Assembly: GCA_035084275.1 (NCBI GenBank)
Contig: CM068748.1
Span: forward strand, 15,872,001 to 15,936,000
DNA length: 64,000 bases
DNA from: Hydrolagus colliei
Lineage: Eukaryota
Reading direction: 5' to 3'
The notes under the pieces were generated by a model. The model searched no databases, was not told the DNA's origin, and was given only the letters and a program-made list of their open reading frames with translations. The position numbers and the translations under genes are program-made. The first letter of the stretch is position 1; every line of letters starts with the position of its first letter. Shown one piece after another: positions 50,717 through 64,000 of this stretch.

Positions 50717-51080
50717 GATTAGGACAAGTTGCAGCTTTTCTCTCTTGAGTTGAGACGTTTGAGAGAAAACCTGATTGAAGTGTTCAAGATTCTGAAAGTA
50801 TTTGAGAAAGTGATCGTCTGTTTCCACTTGTTAGATAGTCCAGAAAGAATGAGTCTGCATATAACACCAGAAGTAGATCTAATAGGGAGTTTAGGAGGAA
50901 CTTCTTCACGCAAAAGATGGTGGGAAAATGTGGAACTCACTGCCAGATGTTGCGAAAAGTAACAATCTTACTGCATACATGTGGAGAAGGGAATAGGAGA
51001 GGCAGAAATAGGAAGTGTGGAGCACAAACATAAGCCTGAACTAGTTGAGCTGAACTGTCCATTTGCTGCTGAATTATTCT
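50717..51080 (+). mobile_element. CR1 3' fragment
   Basis: LFSLELRRLRENLIEVFKILK is the CR1 ORF2 C-terminal motif; a degenerate 3' UTR follows. Confidence 0.85.
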
Positions 51081-53608
51081 GTGGTAATTTTGTGTAGGCA
51101 GAACAAACAAAGCACCATCTGCTTAAGAGTTCAGTTTTGTACAATTGCTTCATAATAAATTCAGAGCCGGGAGGTGAAAATGCCTCTGAAGCAATTGTTT
51201 CTGGCACCATTCATTTTCAACTTTGACCATTTAACAGTGGAATTTGTTTTTTGGTTTTGTACACAGATAACCTGTGATTTTCACAGCTGGTGTCTTACTT
51301 TTAACAGGGTCAAGAATATGGACTAAAGGGAAGTCTAAAGGCTTGACTGCACAGAATGTACAAGGCAAATATTGATTGCTCCGTCAGAATCTCCAATAAA
51401 TGAAAAAAATGGATTGGCATTAAGAACACAATTTTCAAATGGTTGTTGTCTTGGCCTTCCACCAAGCCTCAGTATGGGCAGCTTTGGAGCATTACCCTTT
51501 TTAACACGAGGGTTTGGCTTGGGCGTGTTTTTGGAAGTGTTGCTTGGTTATGTGGAAAATTTAAAATAATTGTATCAATAATGGTGAAATGTTCAATGTG
51601 CATCTTACAGTAATGGTACCTTATCTGGTGCGTTGGCTTTCAGTTGCTTCCTCTTGCACATTTACTTTTAATGATATGTTTCTACAGCACTGAATATGAA
51701 TGAAGGTTAATTTTAAATTGAACAACCATCATTGATAATTTACAGACAGGAACTAAAACTTCTGTGTTTTTTTTATTATATTGAAGCAATGGGAGGCATG
51801 GAAACTTTTGTCCTGATGTGAAAAGAAATTCTAATTCACTGTGTATGTATATGTGTGTGTGGAAATGGGCATTTCCACGATAAAGGGGTATGTGTGGCAG
51901 AGAGGTCAGAAAATCAAATGGATTGCTGAACACTCATTTATTGTACAGAAGTGCCGTAGAGACCATACTGTATGTATCTTGTAAGAAATACATAACTTTT
52001 TTAACAGAATTATTTTTACCACCCCTGAAAGTTTACACCTGATGCACAAAACGCTTTGAACAGGGACAGACATTACAAACGTGGACATTAGAGGATGGAA
52101 CGTCATGAGTGAATTTTCAAAATGTCGGAGAAGTAAGCAATCATCAAGCTTACCATAATAAATCAAACCACAAAGTAGTTACTTCATAACTTTATGAATT
52201 GAGAGCAAAATAGGATTTTTTTAAAAAAAATTATCCTGAAATCCCGTTTTTCTCGTTCATAATTCTTTGGACAGACGGGGTTACGAGCGTGTTGCATTTT
52301 TTAAAGGGACAAAACAAATATGATCGGGCTCTTGAATGAAACAGAAACTTATCAGCTTTCTGTCTTAACACTTGATTTATGGATCTCATTATATTAATGA
52401 TAGTGAGAGTTAAAAATAAGATCTGAAATAGATTTCAAAAGCAGCTTTCTTTGCCGTGTCACATTTTAGAGGTCTCTAGATAGGGTGGACATGATCTTTA
52501 ATTTATTGTCATTTAAAAAACATGTCTCATTTTAAGGCTAAATTATCTGGGCTATCTCTTGAGAGTGTGTTATCTCTGATTTTCATGCTTGGAAAAAAAA
52601 TTCACCCTTCCTCAGAAAATGGCATGAATATTTTGCCTTGCACAATGTACCCCATTACCGTGGAAATACCCATATTTGAACATATAAAATCCTAATGCCG
52701 TGATACTTTGCAAATAAAGTGTTCATTTTACGGCATCATCCCCAATTTCCCCAGGCTGTACTGTAGACCATTCCATGATTTGAAGCAGTGGAAACCGAAG
52801 CACCTAAAATGAACAGTTAAAGATTTGGATTGCTTTTGTCAAAGGAAGGGGAAAATGTAATACATCTGATTCACAGAGGCATCTGTTCTCAATTATTCCA
52901 TCAATGGCTGCATTTGTAGGTTAATTATGAGTGAAAATGTAGGCACTGTCTTGCTGCTTTACAGACAAAAGATAACACAAATTTAATTTGGAAAAATGAT
53001 GTCAGCAGTGAAGTAATCTCTTACTGCACTACTGGATTCAAAGTAATTATTGAGCAAATGCACATTTTCCATGGCCACCGATTACCACCTCCATTGGCAT
53101 CTGTGTATTTGAAGAATAATGAACGCAGATCACTATAAGGTTAATGATGTGTATCAAAGCCAATGCAAAGTAAACAGGATTCTCTCAAGACAATCCCCCT
53201 TTTCTTTCTGCTGCAAATACCTCAAAGCCCAGAGACAGACAGGCCAAAATCAAACAAACAGAGCTGTTACAGGACCTTTGCAAATGCTGTATGCAACACG
53301 ATTGTTATCATGCTTGTCAACCCCAAGCGAATAACACGTCTGCTCTTCAGTTCTTCTTATTTCTCTATTAGTGATCACATGATAGCCAAAGACTTAGTGA
53401 TTTAGACTTAGAAATTAATGTGCTCAGAATCATTTCTTAACTCAATCATAGCCTTTCTCTAAGTGCAATTATTTGAGATCTGAAAATGGTTCCGGATTCC
53501 ATTGATGCAGCAAGTAACCCATTAACCCTATTGTCTGTTAAATCAAAATTTATTGTGTATGCAATTAATGAAACTGCATTAATAAATGTAATGTCTTAAT
53601 TACCTTTT

Positions 53609-53667
53609 CAGCGCCTTGGGACGTCCTCCCGACGTGAAAGGCGCTCTATAAATGTAAATTGTTGTTG
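53609..53667 (+). mobile_element. 59-bp L2 tail-only insertion with a 9-bp TSD
   Basis: TTACCTTTT|CAGCGCCTTGGGACGTCCTCCCGACGTGAAAGGCGCTCTATAAATGTAAATTGTTGTTG|TTACCTTTT. Confidence 0.9.
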
Positions 53668-54800
53668 TTACCTTTTGAAATTCATTAACATGAAAAGAGC
53701 GGATTTCCTTTCTTAGGTATAAATCAGATTTCCCTTTATTTCGATTGAGGGCACCGTTTAAAATGTGCATGTTCGATACATAGATTAAAATAAGTTGGCA
53801 ATCAATTCTCGCAGAACTATAAAACTATCAATATGGTTGGTTTGGAGAGTGAGCTCAGGTTTTGCAAAGCTTGACTGTCTGCTTAGCCTACAACTTCATT
53901 GCATTGGTCTAATGCCACCACTATTGTTCCTGCTCAATTGTATCTCATCGTTTGTTGAACAACATGCATCTTGCAAAGAAAAAAAAGGGGCATTGAGTGT
54001 CAGCCTGCTGTTATCGTTTCTATTTTCTCTAAGTTAATACATTAATTGCCAGATCAGTATGGATGAAGAAGGCCCTTATTTGATTCCATCCTTGTTGCTT
54101 ACAGATAGCTACAAAAACCGGTTACTTACAATGATCTCATGCATGTAGGTAAACCCCTATAAATGTTTATTGTTGCATTCTGTCTCTGTGATTCTTTTGT
54201 GTTTTACTGTCATAGTGGTACCATGATTACTTGCTATTTTTCAATGCCAGATATCATTAGAAGGTGAGGCAATTGTGATTAGAACTGTAGAATGAAATCA
54301 ATTGCACAGGGTTTAAATAATTTGTCTAAAAAATTATATCTCAAAAAGTCACAACTGGAACTGATATTTCTCCCTCCCCTTCTCTCTCTTTCTCTCACAG
54401 ATGCCCTGGCAATGTGTTATACTGTACCATGTTGTACCGGGGCAGCAGAAATAAATGTAACTGTGAAATGATTGAGTTTATTACTTTAGCCTCATCAGAA
54501 AAATGAGGATCTGTTGCCAACAGTTTTCTTTTGCATATTTAACTTATTTTGTGCATCATGTAAGTATCCAAAGCCTTTAATTATAAAAAATAATAACTAC
54601 AATAATCCTTGGACTTAATGTGATAGCTTACCACATCATCGATGTCTCCAAGCGCTTTCATGGATAATACTATAATGTGATGTGGTTATGTTTAGTTTAT
54701 TTGGGCGATTGTGTCAATCTTTCATTGAACCCCTCTTTGAGGTCCAGTGAGATCTTGAGGCAATGTGCTTTGCATATCTTCCTTCACTCCAACACCCCCC

Positions 54801-55545
54801 CATAGGAACATAAGAACAGGAGTTGGCCATTCAGCCTGTCGAGCCTATTCAGCCATTTAATTAGATCATGGCTGATGTTTATCTCTACTAATCCTTTCAA
54901 TTTCAATTTTCCACTTTTACCCCGTATCCCTTAATACCCCGACCTAACAAAAATTTATCAACCTCACCTTTTGGGGTAGAAAATACCAGATTTCTACCAC
55001 CCTTTGAATGAAAAAATGCTTCCCGATTTCACTCTTAAATGGCCTGTTTCTAATTTTAAGACTTTGTCCCCTTGTTTTGCATTCCCCCACCAGAGGAAAC
55101 AGCTTCTCTGTACCTACCCTATCAAATCCCTTTATCATCCTAAAAACTTCTATCAAATCACCCCTCAATCTTCTAAACTCGAGGAAATACAATCCAAGTT
55201 TACGCAATCTTTTCTCGTAACTTAGACCTTTTCGCCCCGATATAAAATTCTGGTGAACCTGCGTGGCACCCCTTTCCAGGGTCAATATATCTTTCCTGAG
55301 GTGTGTGTGGTGCCCCAAACTGAATACAGTACTCCAGGTAGGGTCTGACTAACACTCTATATAGGTGAAGCATCATTTCTTCTCCTTTGTATTCTAGGCC
55401 TCTCGAGATAAAAGCCAACATCCCATTTGCCTTTTTCATTATGTGTTGCACCTGGGAAATAGATTTCAGTGATTTGTGGATATAGACATCCAAATCTTTT
55501 TGCTCCTCCACAGCTCGTAATTTCTCCCGATTAAGAAAATATTCT
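54801..55545 (-). mobile_element. 5'-truncated CR1 LINE
   Basis: KANGMLAFISRGLEYK..LYRVLVRPYLEYCIQF / LSYEKRLRKLGLYFLEFRRLRGDLIEVFRMIKG..TRGQSLKI..FFIQRVVEIW; CR1 3' terminus at 54801. Confidence 0.95.
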
Positions 55546-56308
55546 GCCTTTTTTTTTTGCCCCCCACTTCTTTTGCCAGCATAACAGCTTCTGTTAGGTT
55601 TTTCTAATGAATGTTTCCTTTGTCATGCATAATATAAATTTGACAAATTCCAGTAGATACTAATGGTTGAATATGGCATTGGCAACACTTAGCTTTACTT
55701 TAAACATATGTTTAAGTTTGTTCACACACAAGCACAACCTGTCAGAGGAGAATATGTTTCCAACCAACCAGTCAACTAAATTCAAACCACCCAGTTAACA
55801 AACAAAAACAATGTTGATTTTTAAGATGCAATTTCTCTTCATACCATGTAAGACAGCCACTGTGAAAGCCAACACTTATAGTACATGATGGTGCTGACTA
55901 TTCATTATTTTGTAATATGATGAAAAGCAGAATATTTTATTTAAACATAGAAAATACTCAAGACATGATTGTAAAATTATAGCTAAACTGATTGAATCCA
56001 GAACACACATCTTTAGACACATGGCTGTGAGAATATGGATTTTTTCATTGCTGTGTCTTAGGCTCGGAATTACTGAGTTGTTTAAAGGGAGGAGAAATGT
56101 ATATTTTGCAAGTGAGAGTATAAAGGGAAATTAAGAGAAAGGCAGGAATATTGGTTTAAAACAACAGAGTGCTACTTTGATCTGTTAAAATAGTGCAACA
56201 GATTTATGGGCTGAATAGCATAATCCTATTGCCAATTGAAGAAATCTGTTCTGATTGTTTCAGTAAAAAGTTTTGTAATTTGGCAGACATAGTGCTATTG
56301 AATTCTGT

Positions 56309-56448
56309 ATAACTATGTGAAATAACTATCACATAGTTATGTGATATAACATCTCTCTATTACGAGACATTCTCTCTATTACATCGCTCTATTACGAGAC
56401 ATTCCCAACATTTCCCTGTTGGGAAATGTCTCATAATAGAGAGATGTT
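56309..56448. repeat. Compound palindrome / tandem-plus-inverted micro-duplication
   Basis: ATAACTATGTGA..TCACATAGTTAT, then (CTCTATTACGAGACATT)x2 with a partial third copy, then the reverse complement TGTTGGGAAATGTCTCATAATAGAGAGATGTT. Confidence 0.9.
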
Positions 56449-59400
56449 GGGGGTGACATTTGTGATTATTAAAATAAGCAGATTGCAAACCCATTTAAAC
56501 CTATCGAACCGTAAGTTTAGGAGACAGGTAGATCAAAAGAGATAAAACTTTTAAACCAAAGAGTGTCAGTTCAAATGAGTGACACTTGGCAGGTGTGTGA
56601 ATCTGGGTACCAATGTATGATTTCTGTAGCTCAACTGCTAATTGTTCACTTAGTCAAGTGGACATGTTAGTATTTTAACCAATATTAGGATTGTCTGTTG
56701 CCCTTTAGAACACTACACTGGAAGTAATTAGTAGCATGATCCCTAAAGGCATTTTATTCAGCAGGATATCTGCAAATGTTTTGGTGTATTGAAACCATGT
56801 TTGTTCCCTTATTTAACTAATGATCAATGTCTGAATTGTGGAGTGTGCCTGGTGAGAATTTTTTCAGTATGTTTGCACATTTTACTTGTTAGATTTAGTC
56901 ACGTAGGGTTAGGTTTTCTGTAATAGGGGGTGTGTTTTCCCCTCTTGTGGAGAATCGTTTATACTTTGGCAGCCAGGAATAGCTTGTTTTATGACTTCAT
57001 GTTAGAGATTGTGTCAGAGGTGGTTTCCCACAGGCTGTTGGCATGACTTAACATGGGGTTCCTCCATGGCAGTCACACATTATTTCCTCCAGAGCTATTT
57101 CTGCTGTTGAAGGACAGCAGTTCAGCGTCTGTTTTTCCACTGAGTGTATTGTCAGTCCCAGTGTTAATCTCATTATTTATCCATGTGAGCAAATTTTTAT
57201 TTGCGATCATTTGAAATGGCAAATCTCAAGGTGGTCCGTTTAATGGCCTGCCTCTGAATACTGATGCTCATCCAACTGAGACATCAATCTTCCTGGAGCT
57301 CCAGTGCATGCCATTCTGGTTGGGAGTCACTCAGCCACTTGAACTTTGGATTGAATCAGGAATGATTATTTAATCATGCAACTTAAGTTAAATAAGTATG
57401 TTTTTGTAATTGATGGTTCTTTTGTGGAACATCACCACTAGGCATTGAGCCATGATTTTACAAATAGCACAAGGATTTTGTTTTATATATGAAGAATATT
57501 CTGTAAACAAACTATTCTGATCTATCTTTCAGAACCCGAATGGGAGCATAAAACTTCCTTTCCTAGTTTTGTTTGAACGGGGCAATATTTCAATGTTTCC
57601 CCCCCACCAACTATAAACATAACAGCCCACTGGAATGACATTTGTCCTTTGTTACAGAACATACAACTGGTTTTACATTTGCATCAGAGAGATTGAATGG
57701 TGCATTACGTGATCTACAAAAAAATTTGAAATTATGTGAAATATTCAGCCTTCTGCTCATCACAGGCAACAAATATCTTGCAGGACACCAATGATTTCAC
57801 GCATTAGGTTAAGCTTGCAACAAGTAAGCGTTTTATTTCGATCAATTACTAATTTGCTAAGTAACCTGCTATGTGGTTCTGCTTGTAAATGTGAAAGCTA
57901 CATTGGGCACTGATCAAGGTTGTTTCAAATAAGGTTATTTTGCAATACCTGCTTGCAAGCTGTTCTATGATTGATAAAGGCTCGGGAAGGTGGGGAGAAA
58001 TGATAAGATCATGATCCAATAAAGCTGTTGCAGTTGACCTCAAATGAATACAAACTGCTGCGTATCCCCTGATGCAACAAGAATTAGCATTAACACAAAA
58101 GAGAGGAGTTAAATAAAATTATTGTTGCACGTCATTTATACACAGCACAAAGGCAACATTGGAAAATACTCTTGCTTTTTACGACACAATACAATACAGT
58201 TGTGATACGAGGGGTCTGTGAATTTTCCCTATGTCGGCCTGAAAAGTAAATTGAGATATTTCAGGCCAATCACGTGGTATATTCCCAATGCTGGTTTCTT
58301 TGAATGGTACAGAGCTAAAATGCCTGCAGTTAGATTCCTATCAAACCTCCGTCCTTAAAAAAAGAGAAAATATCTTGACGTTTACCATTGTTATCTTCTA
58401 AATGTGTCAACGATTAGGCAGCAATATAGGTAAGGTTAGGATGACCTTCACAAGATCACATGATTAGAAGTTTGGGTAAAGAAGTCCTTCGGCTCATCTG
58501 ATCTAATTTCCCCAGAATACCCGCCCATCCTATCAGAGATTCAAGCTGTTTTTTAAATTTGGCTTCAATCATCCTTCCTAGTGACCTGTTCCATTTATGA
58601 ATTACGCTCTGGGTAAAATTTAGGTTTATAGCACCTGCTTCAGTCCTTATTAAGCCTTTCTTTACAATGAGTATTACATAAATACAAGCATTCACCATAG
58701 TGACTAGCCTCCATACCTTTGAAAAGCTTTACTTTCTTTGCATTTAATATCAAAAGCAATTCTTTTTCACATTGAACTTAGTATTTTTCCCTTTGGTGTT
58801 TTGTTATAAAATGAAATTATAGTACTTCAGAATATTTTAAAACTGCTATCTCAGTTTTCAACAACAATAATGTAGCATAATTCATCAGGCATGGAATAAT
58901 TCAAGTACAGTACCATTTATCTAATTGTATTCTGAGAGATTTGGATTGATCCCTTACTTGGATATAGATGGATATAATCAGTAAATTTGAGGTCAGAATT
59001 TAAAAATGAAATCCACTGTCTACTTTATCTAAAGAATGCAATTTTGAGAATGTTTCCTATATCTAAACTGAAATGGACACTTTTAACAAGCATAATTAAG
59101 CCCAAAACTCTTGTTTGCAGAATAAAATAAGGTACTGTAGTTACAACCTCAATGGATGACTAGAAGAAATATCATCAACAGTAAAATGCTGCAAATTATT
59201 TTGTTTCTCTATATAAATTTATGATATCTTATCAAAATTAATTAGCATCAAAGTAAATTTGCATTATTGAATTGGCTTGTCTTGCTATTGGTTGTTCTGA
59301 TGTGTGTAACTATCTCTCTATTCTCAAATATCAAGGATATCATTTTAGAAACGATAAGCTATTCTGTTGCTGCATTTTGGTACAAATCATTTCAGTCAGG

Positions 59401-61750
59401 TTGAAAGTCATTAGATTGATACTTACTGAATTAATTTGGTAAGAGCAGATAGTTCTGTAATTTTTTACTGAGCTGTCTTTCATTCTGATCACAGAGCCTT
59501 CAACCTTCATTAACCCAGAGTTTCCACAGTGTTATTTAGCTGCCTAATCAGATGCTACTGCAGGCACTGACACGTTTGAATTATGCAACTGAATGCTTTA
59601 TGAAATCTCTCGCTGTTTTCATACTCATTGTATAGTACCTAAATTGCATACCAAAACTTTTTCCAGATTCAGTCAAATTGCAAATTTCTGAGCCACTATA
59701 CTGCCAAGGTCACGTCACAATAGACTGATGTATTTGTATCCATGTGCATGTGAATAAAATATAATGAGGCTTGAAATGTCTGTGAGACTGGGTTTCCATT
59801 TACAGACATGGTTATCACTGGAGAATCTTAATTACCACTGTTTCAGTAGTTTTTATAAAGCAGAAAAGAGGGGACGCTGGTGAAATGTAGGTGTTAATTA
59901 TGGCTTGTAACTATTAGCTGTGCATAATTGGCAACAAGTACCATAACATTGAACAATGAGAGAAGGTTGGATTATTTTATGGTGTTGTAGAAGGCACTGT
60001 TGTAGTCAGAACTGACAAATGTCAGATAACAATATTATTCTGCTTTATATGAGATGCCAAAAATGGATCATTGATACTTAAGAGTGCATTATTGCAATAC
60101 TTTGCACAATGGAACTGTTTTCTCCAGGAATTATGTAATTAAATGCTACTGGATTCAACCATAAACGCAAGGTCTTTTAAGTGCTGTAAATCTTCCCCAC
60201 CACAAGTTTGTATTTTATTATTTATTTTTGAAGTATGAGATGTGTACTTCAAAAACAAAAGGTTTCAGCAAATTAGTGTTTTGACTTTGAGCGAGGTTAA
60301 GAGAAAGCCACCGGGAGATAATTTAAGGGAATATAGGACATATTGCACAATTGCTCAAAGGATGGAAATATGTTACTGCTCACCAATGACATGCACTGAA
60401 GGAGAAATACATTTCTTCCCTAATACGTTTCTGCCCTGGAATTGGAGCTTTCTGATGTTCTCAGCAGCGTAGTAATATCTATTTTCTCATGTCCTATATG
60501 CCTCATAGGTAGCTGCAATTATGGATTTTGCTGATCGTATACTATACTTGGATATATTATGCAATAGATCACAGAGTGAAGTTTGCCATAAGGTCTTGCT
60601 GATGTGTAAAAGTATTGATCATCTTCCTGTAGTATTTTTTTCAAAGAATAAATCATAAATCAATTAATAAAACCAAATAACTTTAAATTATCAATTTTTG
60701 CCATTGCATCATACTAATACTGATTTAGAGGATGCCTGACATTATTAAACGCCAGCATTCTTTTTTTCACCCACAAAATGCATGAAGTCAATTAACTTTA
60801 CAGTATATTCTGTGAATTGCTTTGAGATGTCCCGATAAGACGCTAAAGCAAACACAATGATTAATATTTTTTCCCCACATTTCCTCTGTTATTCTTACTA
60901 TTGTACCTACACTTGTCTTCCCTCAGAGTGATGGCCAAAGGAATATGAGGCATCTTCGATAATTGCTAACTTTGTCTGTAGGTATCTACAGTTATTAAAG
61001 ATACAAATGTAATCCAAGTATCATAAAGCTATGAACTATTATTAACTCTACGAAATCTGCCCATGTGTATACAAGTTGTGAGCTTGAATTAAAGGCACCA
61101 AGTCTTAGAATCAGCAAGTACTTGGAATCTAGTGTCTAGCGATCTAGTGTCCCTATATTTTTGGCTTTGATGTATTAATATGCTAATAGGAATTCATTGG
61201 TTATCCTGCAGAAACTAACAAAAATAGCTTCTCTTATCTCTCAAAACCGATGAGTTAAGACAAAGACAATTTAATCATGATCAAATTGTTCATACTCCAA
61301 ATTCTTTCATTGCAGGACAGGGTTTTTAAAGCATTTATCACAGTTTACTTCTATATGTTTGTATAAGACGTGCAAACTTGTAAAATGCCAGGTATAGATT
61401 TCCATTCAGGGATTTATTGACACTAATGATGCTGAATCTATGTTGAAGCCCTCGTGTTGAGTGGCAGTGCTTCAAATTCACTGAAGTTTTTTTTATTGCT
61501 GTACTTTTTGATTACCTCAAGGAAGGTAGAGAATCATCATTGAAGTGAGAGCAGCATTTATAACCAAGACAAACTGAAGATACTAATGTTTCACTTAACT
61601 ATCGTGGTTGGAAATTCCAGCTCGGATATTATCCATTATTCCAGTTTATATTCAACCAGACTTTCTTCATCCGGTGCAAAAATAGTGGATTTAGCACAAA
61701 GTTAGGTAATATTTTCTATAGTACTGTACAATAATATAATAATTCTGTGG

Positions 61751-61915
61751 ACAACAGCAACAAAATTGCACTTGTATAGCACCTTTCATGTCAGAAGGGT
61801 GTCTCAAGGACGTGAGGGAAGACAGAGTGGGTCATGGCTTGGATGTGGGAGAGGAAAGATAGTTGCGGATTGAACAAGGTAGCTAGGTTCCTGACTGGCT
61901 CGGTGAAGTTGAGTG
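61751..61915 (-). mobile_element. Internally deleted L2 (tail joined to the FDPQLSF region)
   Basis: ACAACAGCAACAAAATTGCACTTGTATAGCACCTTTCATGTC, then GCTTGGATGTGGGAGAGGAAAG...CCTGACTGGCTCGGTGA, matching 19008-19077. Confidence 0.75.
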
Positions 61916-64000
61916 TGCATGGAAGGATATTGGGCTTGAATCATGGAGATGTGAGAATCAAGTCTATTCTGCAGTCTTTATGGACCTTTGCCTATGAAAG
62001 AGAGGAAAAAGGGTATAGTAAAGTTCATAATAGCGTATGTTTTGGATCACTGTATAGGAAGGGGTATGATTAGTTGTATAGCCTTGTCTTATTATCTTAC
62101 ACTAGTTAAATATGTTTCTGATACCTTATCTTCTCTGTTTATATGTTTCATCATTTTAGTTGACATTACCAGAGAAATCTCGATTTCCAATTACTGTATC
62201 TTCAAAATTGTATTATGCTTAATTGCTTCCTGAATTTGAAGGAGCAATCATGAAAAAGGCCAGCTGGTAAAACAGAACAACTGCTGTATATCATATGAGT
62301 CAGACTTTATTTTAAAAATTATATTGTTAAGGTTTCTCAAATACAGTACTGCTATCAGTGACTTGAAGGAAGGTTGGATCATCAGTGATATGAAGGAAGG
62401 TAGGACCCTGGTGTCTTGTTGCTTCCAGTATTTGCTGACAGAGATGTTATTTGAATGTGAAAGTAGTCCAACTCAACGTTGGCCAACATTGTCTTCATTC
62501 CTTGCTCAAAATTGGATTTCAATTTTTTTGCTGATGTGGATGAATATCAAGTGTTGGACTCCAATAGGTCTTGCTATCAATCTGCAAAGCTTGGCTAAAT
62601 TTCTCACTGTAATGATTCCACTTTGTGTCTGATCACATTCATCACAGCAGTTAATATTAGAATAACCATCTTCAGCACAACCGTGATTTGTCCTCTATTA
62701 AAATGTCACTAATCTTTGGTTTAGTTGGCTGCATCGGAGACTGTCTTTGGATATTGGATTTAGGGCGTTCAAACAATTAGAAAGAAATGAAGATTATATT
62801 GGGCATGTTAGGGAACCAGTTATATTTGAAATGGATTACACAGCTCTTTTTTTTCTATTGCATATCTACAAGGTAAATTTTGCCTGGCAAAAAACATTTT
62901 CCTTTTGACATGCATCTTGAAAAGGTAAATCTACTGTGCCACAAAGATCAGTATAATTATCAGGAATTAAGTAAAGTTATTGGTTGCTGTTCTTGTTCCT
63001 ACTTTCCTTCAAATCACTGAGACAGTAGCTAGAATAAACTACCCTCTTTGGAGGAGCAATCAGATGGTCTTCCTATTGGCTCTCAGGTATACTTAGAAGC
63101 AAAATGTTGAAATCGAGTCAACTATTTGTGTTGGTCTCAGTAGTCTTGTTTCTGAAACATACTGGTTTGTAGTATTCCAAAGCACTGCTGATCATTAACT
63201 TGTCAATAGAACGTGAAGGAGTGGGTATTTACGACGCTTGGCTCCTGTTAACTCTGCAAGCCTGAATGAGGTCCAAGCTGCACAAGTGGCGGAAAGCTTG
63301 CCTGACAGTGCTGTCAGTGACAAGTTACTGCAGTTTTACATGGTTTAACTGAACAAATTACTCCCCACCTTGGGTGCCCAAGCCATTCTTCTCCCAATGG
63401 TTCTTGTATCTACTACTCACCACGAGTAGATAAGCAATGTATTTTCTCCAGGAAGAGAATGAGCATTCCACATGCAATGATATTATCATGGGTATTTGTT
63501 GATGAAACATATTTAAAACTCTGTCTGGTTTGGTTACTCTTAATTACATTTTTTTTGCTGATATGGGTGAATAATAAGGTAATGAGATTTTCTCTTTTCC
63601 TGCACCCGATTGACCAACAAAAATGTAGAGATTGACCAACAAAAATCGTAGAGTTTAGTGATATGAATAGACATTTTTTTAACTGCTCTCAATCTTTGAT
63701 TCAAGCATCCCAACTCAGGTAGCACATCTGAGTTAGGATGGGAAAATAGGAGAAAATCAGATAAGCCTACAATTCCTGTTGACTATTTACAGATTGTTAC
63801 GAGAAGATGGGTTTATGCAGCTATTGGTGAGGACAGGATCCTGTTGATAACCTCCCTCACTCTTGCTCTTCCTCCCCTGTGACTCAATAGCTCACCCATG
63901 CTCGTTGTGATTGTTTACAGATGAACAGCAGCCACATGTGAGAGGCACCCATTGCACATGAAACTGCCTGCCATTAGAAATACTGTATGAAGGTAGACAG

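Noticed and set aside
29567-64000. Search for KCNMA1 exon 3 ([20 protein letters not shown]-like) or a nested gene
   Set aside because: None was recognised by eye. Exon 3 probably lies beyond the window, though a short diverged exon could have been missed without alignment.

Overview
Vertebrate, AT-rich, repeat-dense genomic DNA, most likely from a cartilaginous fish. This is inferred from the mix of L2 and CR1 LINEs, Deu-domain tRNA-SINEs and a shark-type Penelope terminal repeat; a holocephalan such as the elephant shark is plausible but unproven. The only host coding sequence I can support is one 165-nt exon at 29402-29566 (+), recognisable as exon 2 of KCNMA1 (Slo1/BK channel alpha subunit, S0-S1 linker). 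The rest of the window is therefore probably KCNMA1 intron 1 and intron 2. Almost all ORFs in the supplied track are spurious or are L2/CR1 reverse-transcriptase remnants. I found no convincing new multi-gene system. The most notable structures are: (1) a ~370-bp near-identical inverted duplication whose left arm was later split by a young L2, so the right arm preserves the empty site; (2) oppositely oriented L2 copies flanking a symmetric, stop-free exon 2 (candidate skipping/circRNA architecture); (3) an in-frame internal 3' splice-site candidate in exon 2; (4) several hairpin MITEs; (5) a palindromic templated-insertion scar; and (6) recurrent tail-to-tail SINE insertions with antisense bias. 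Repeat family names come from recalled consensus similarity, not from a database search.
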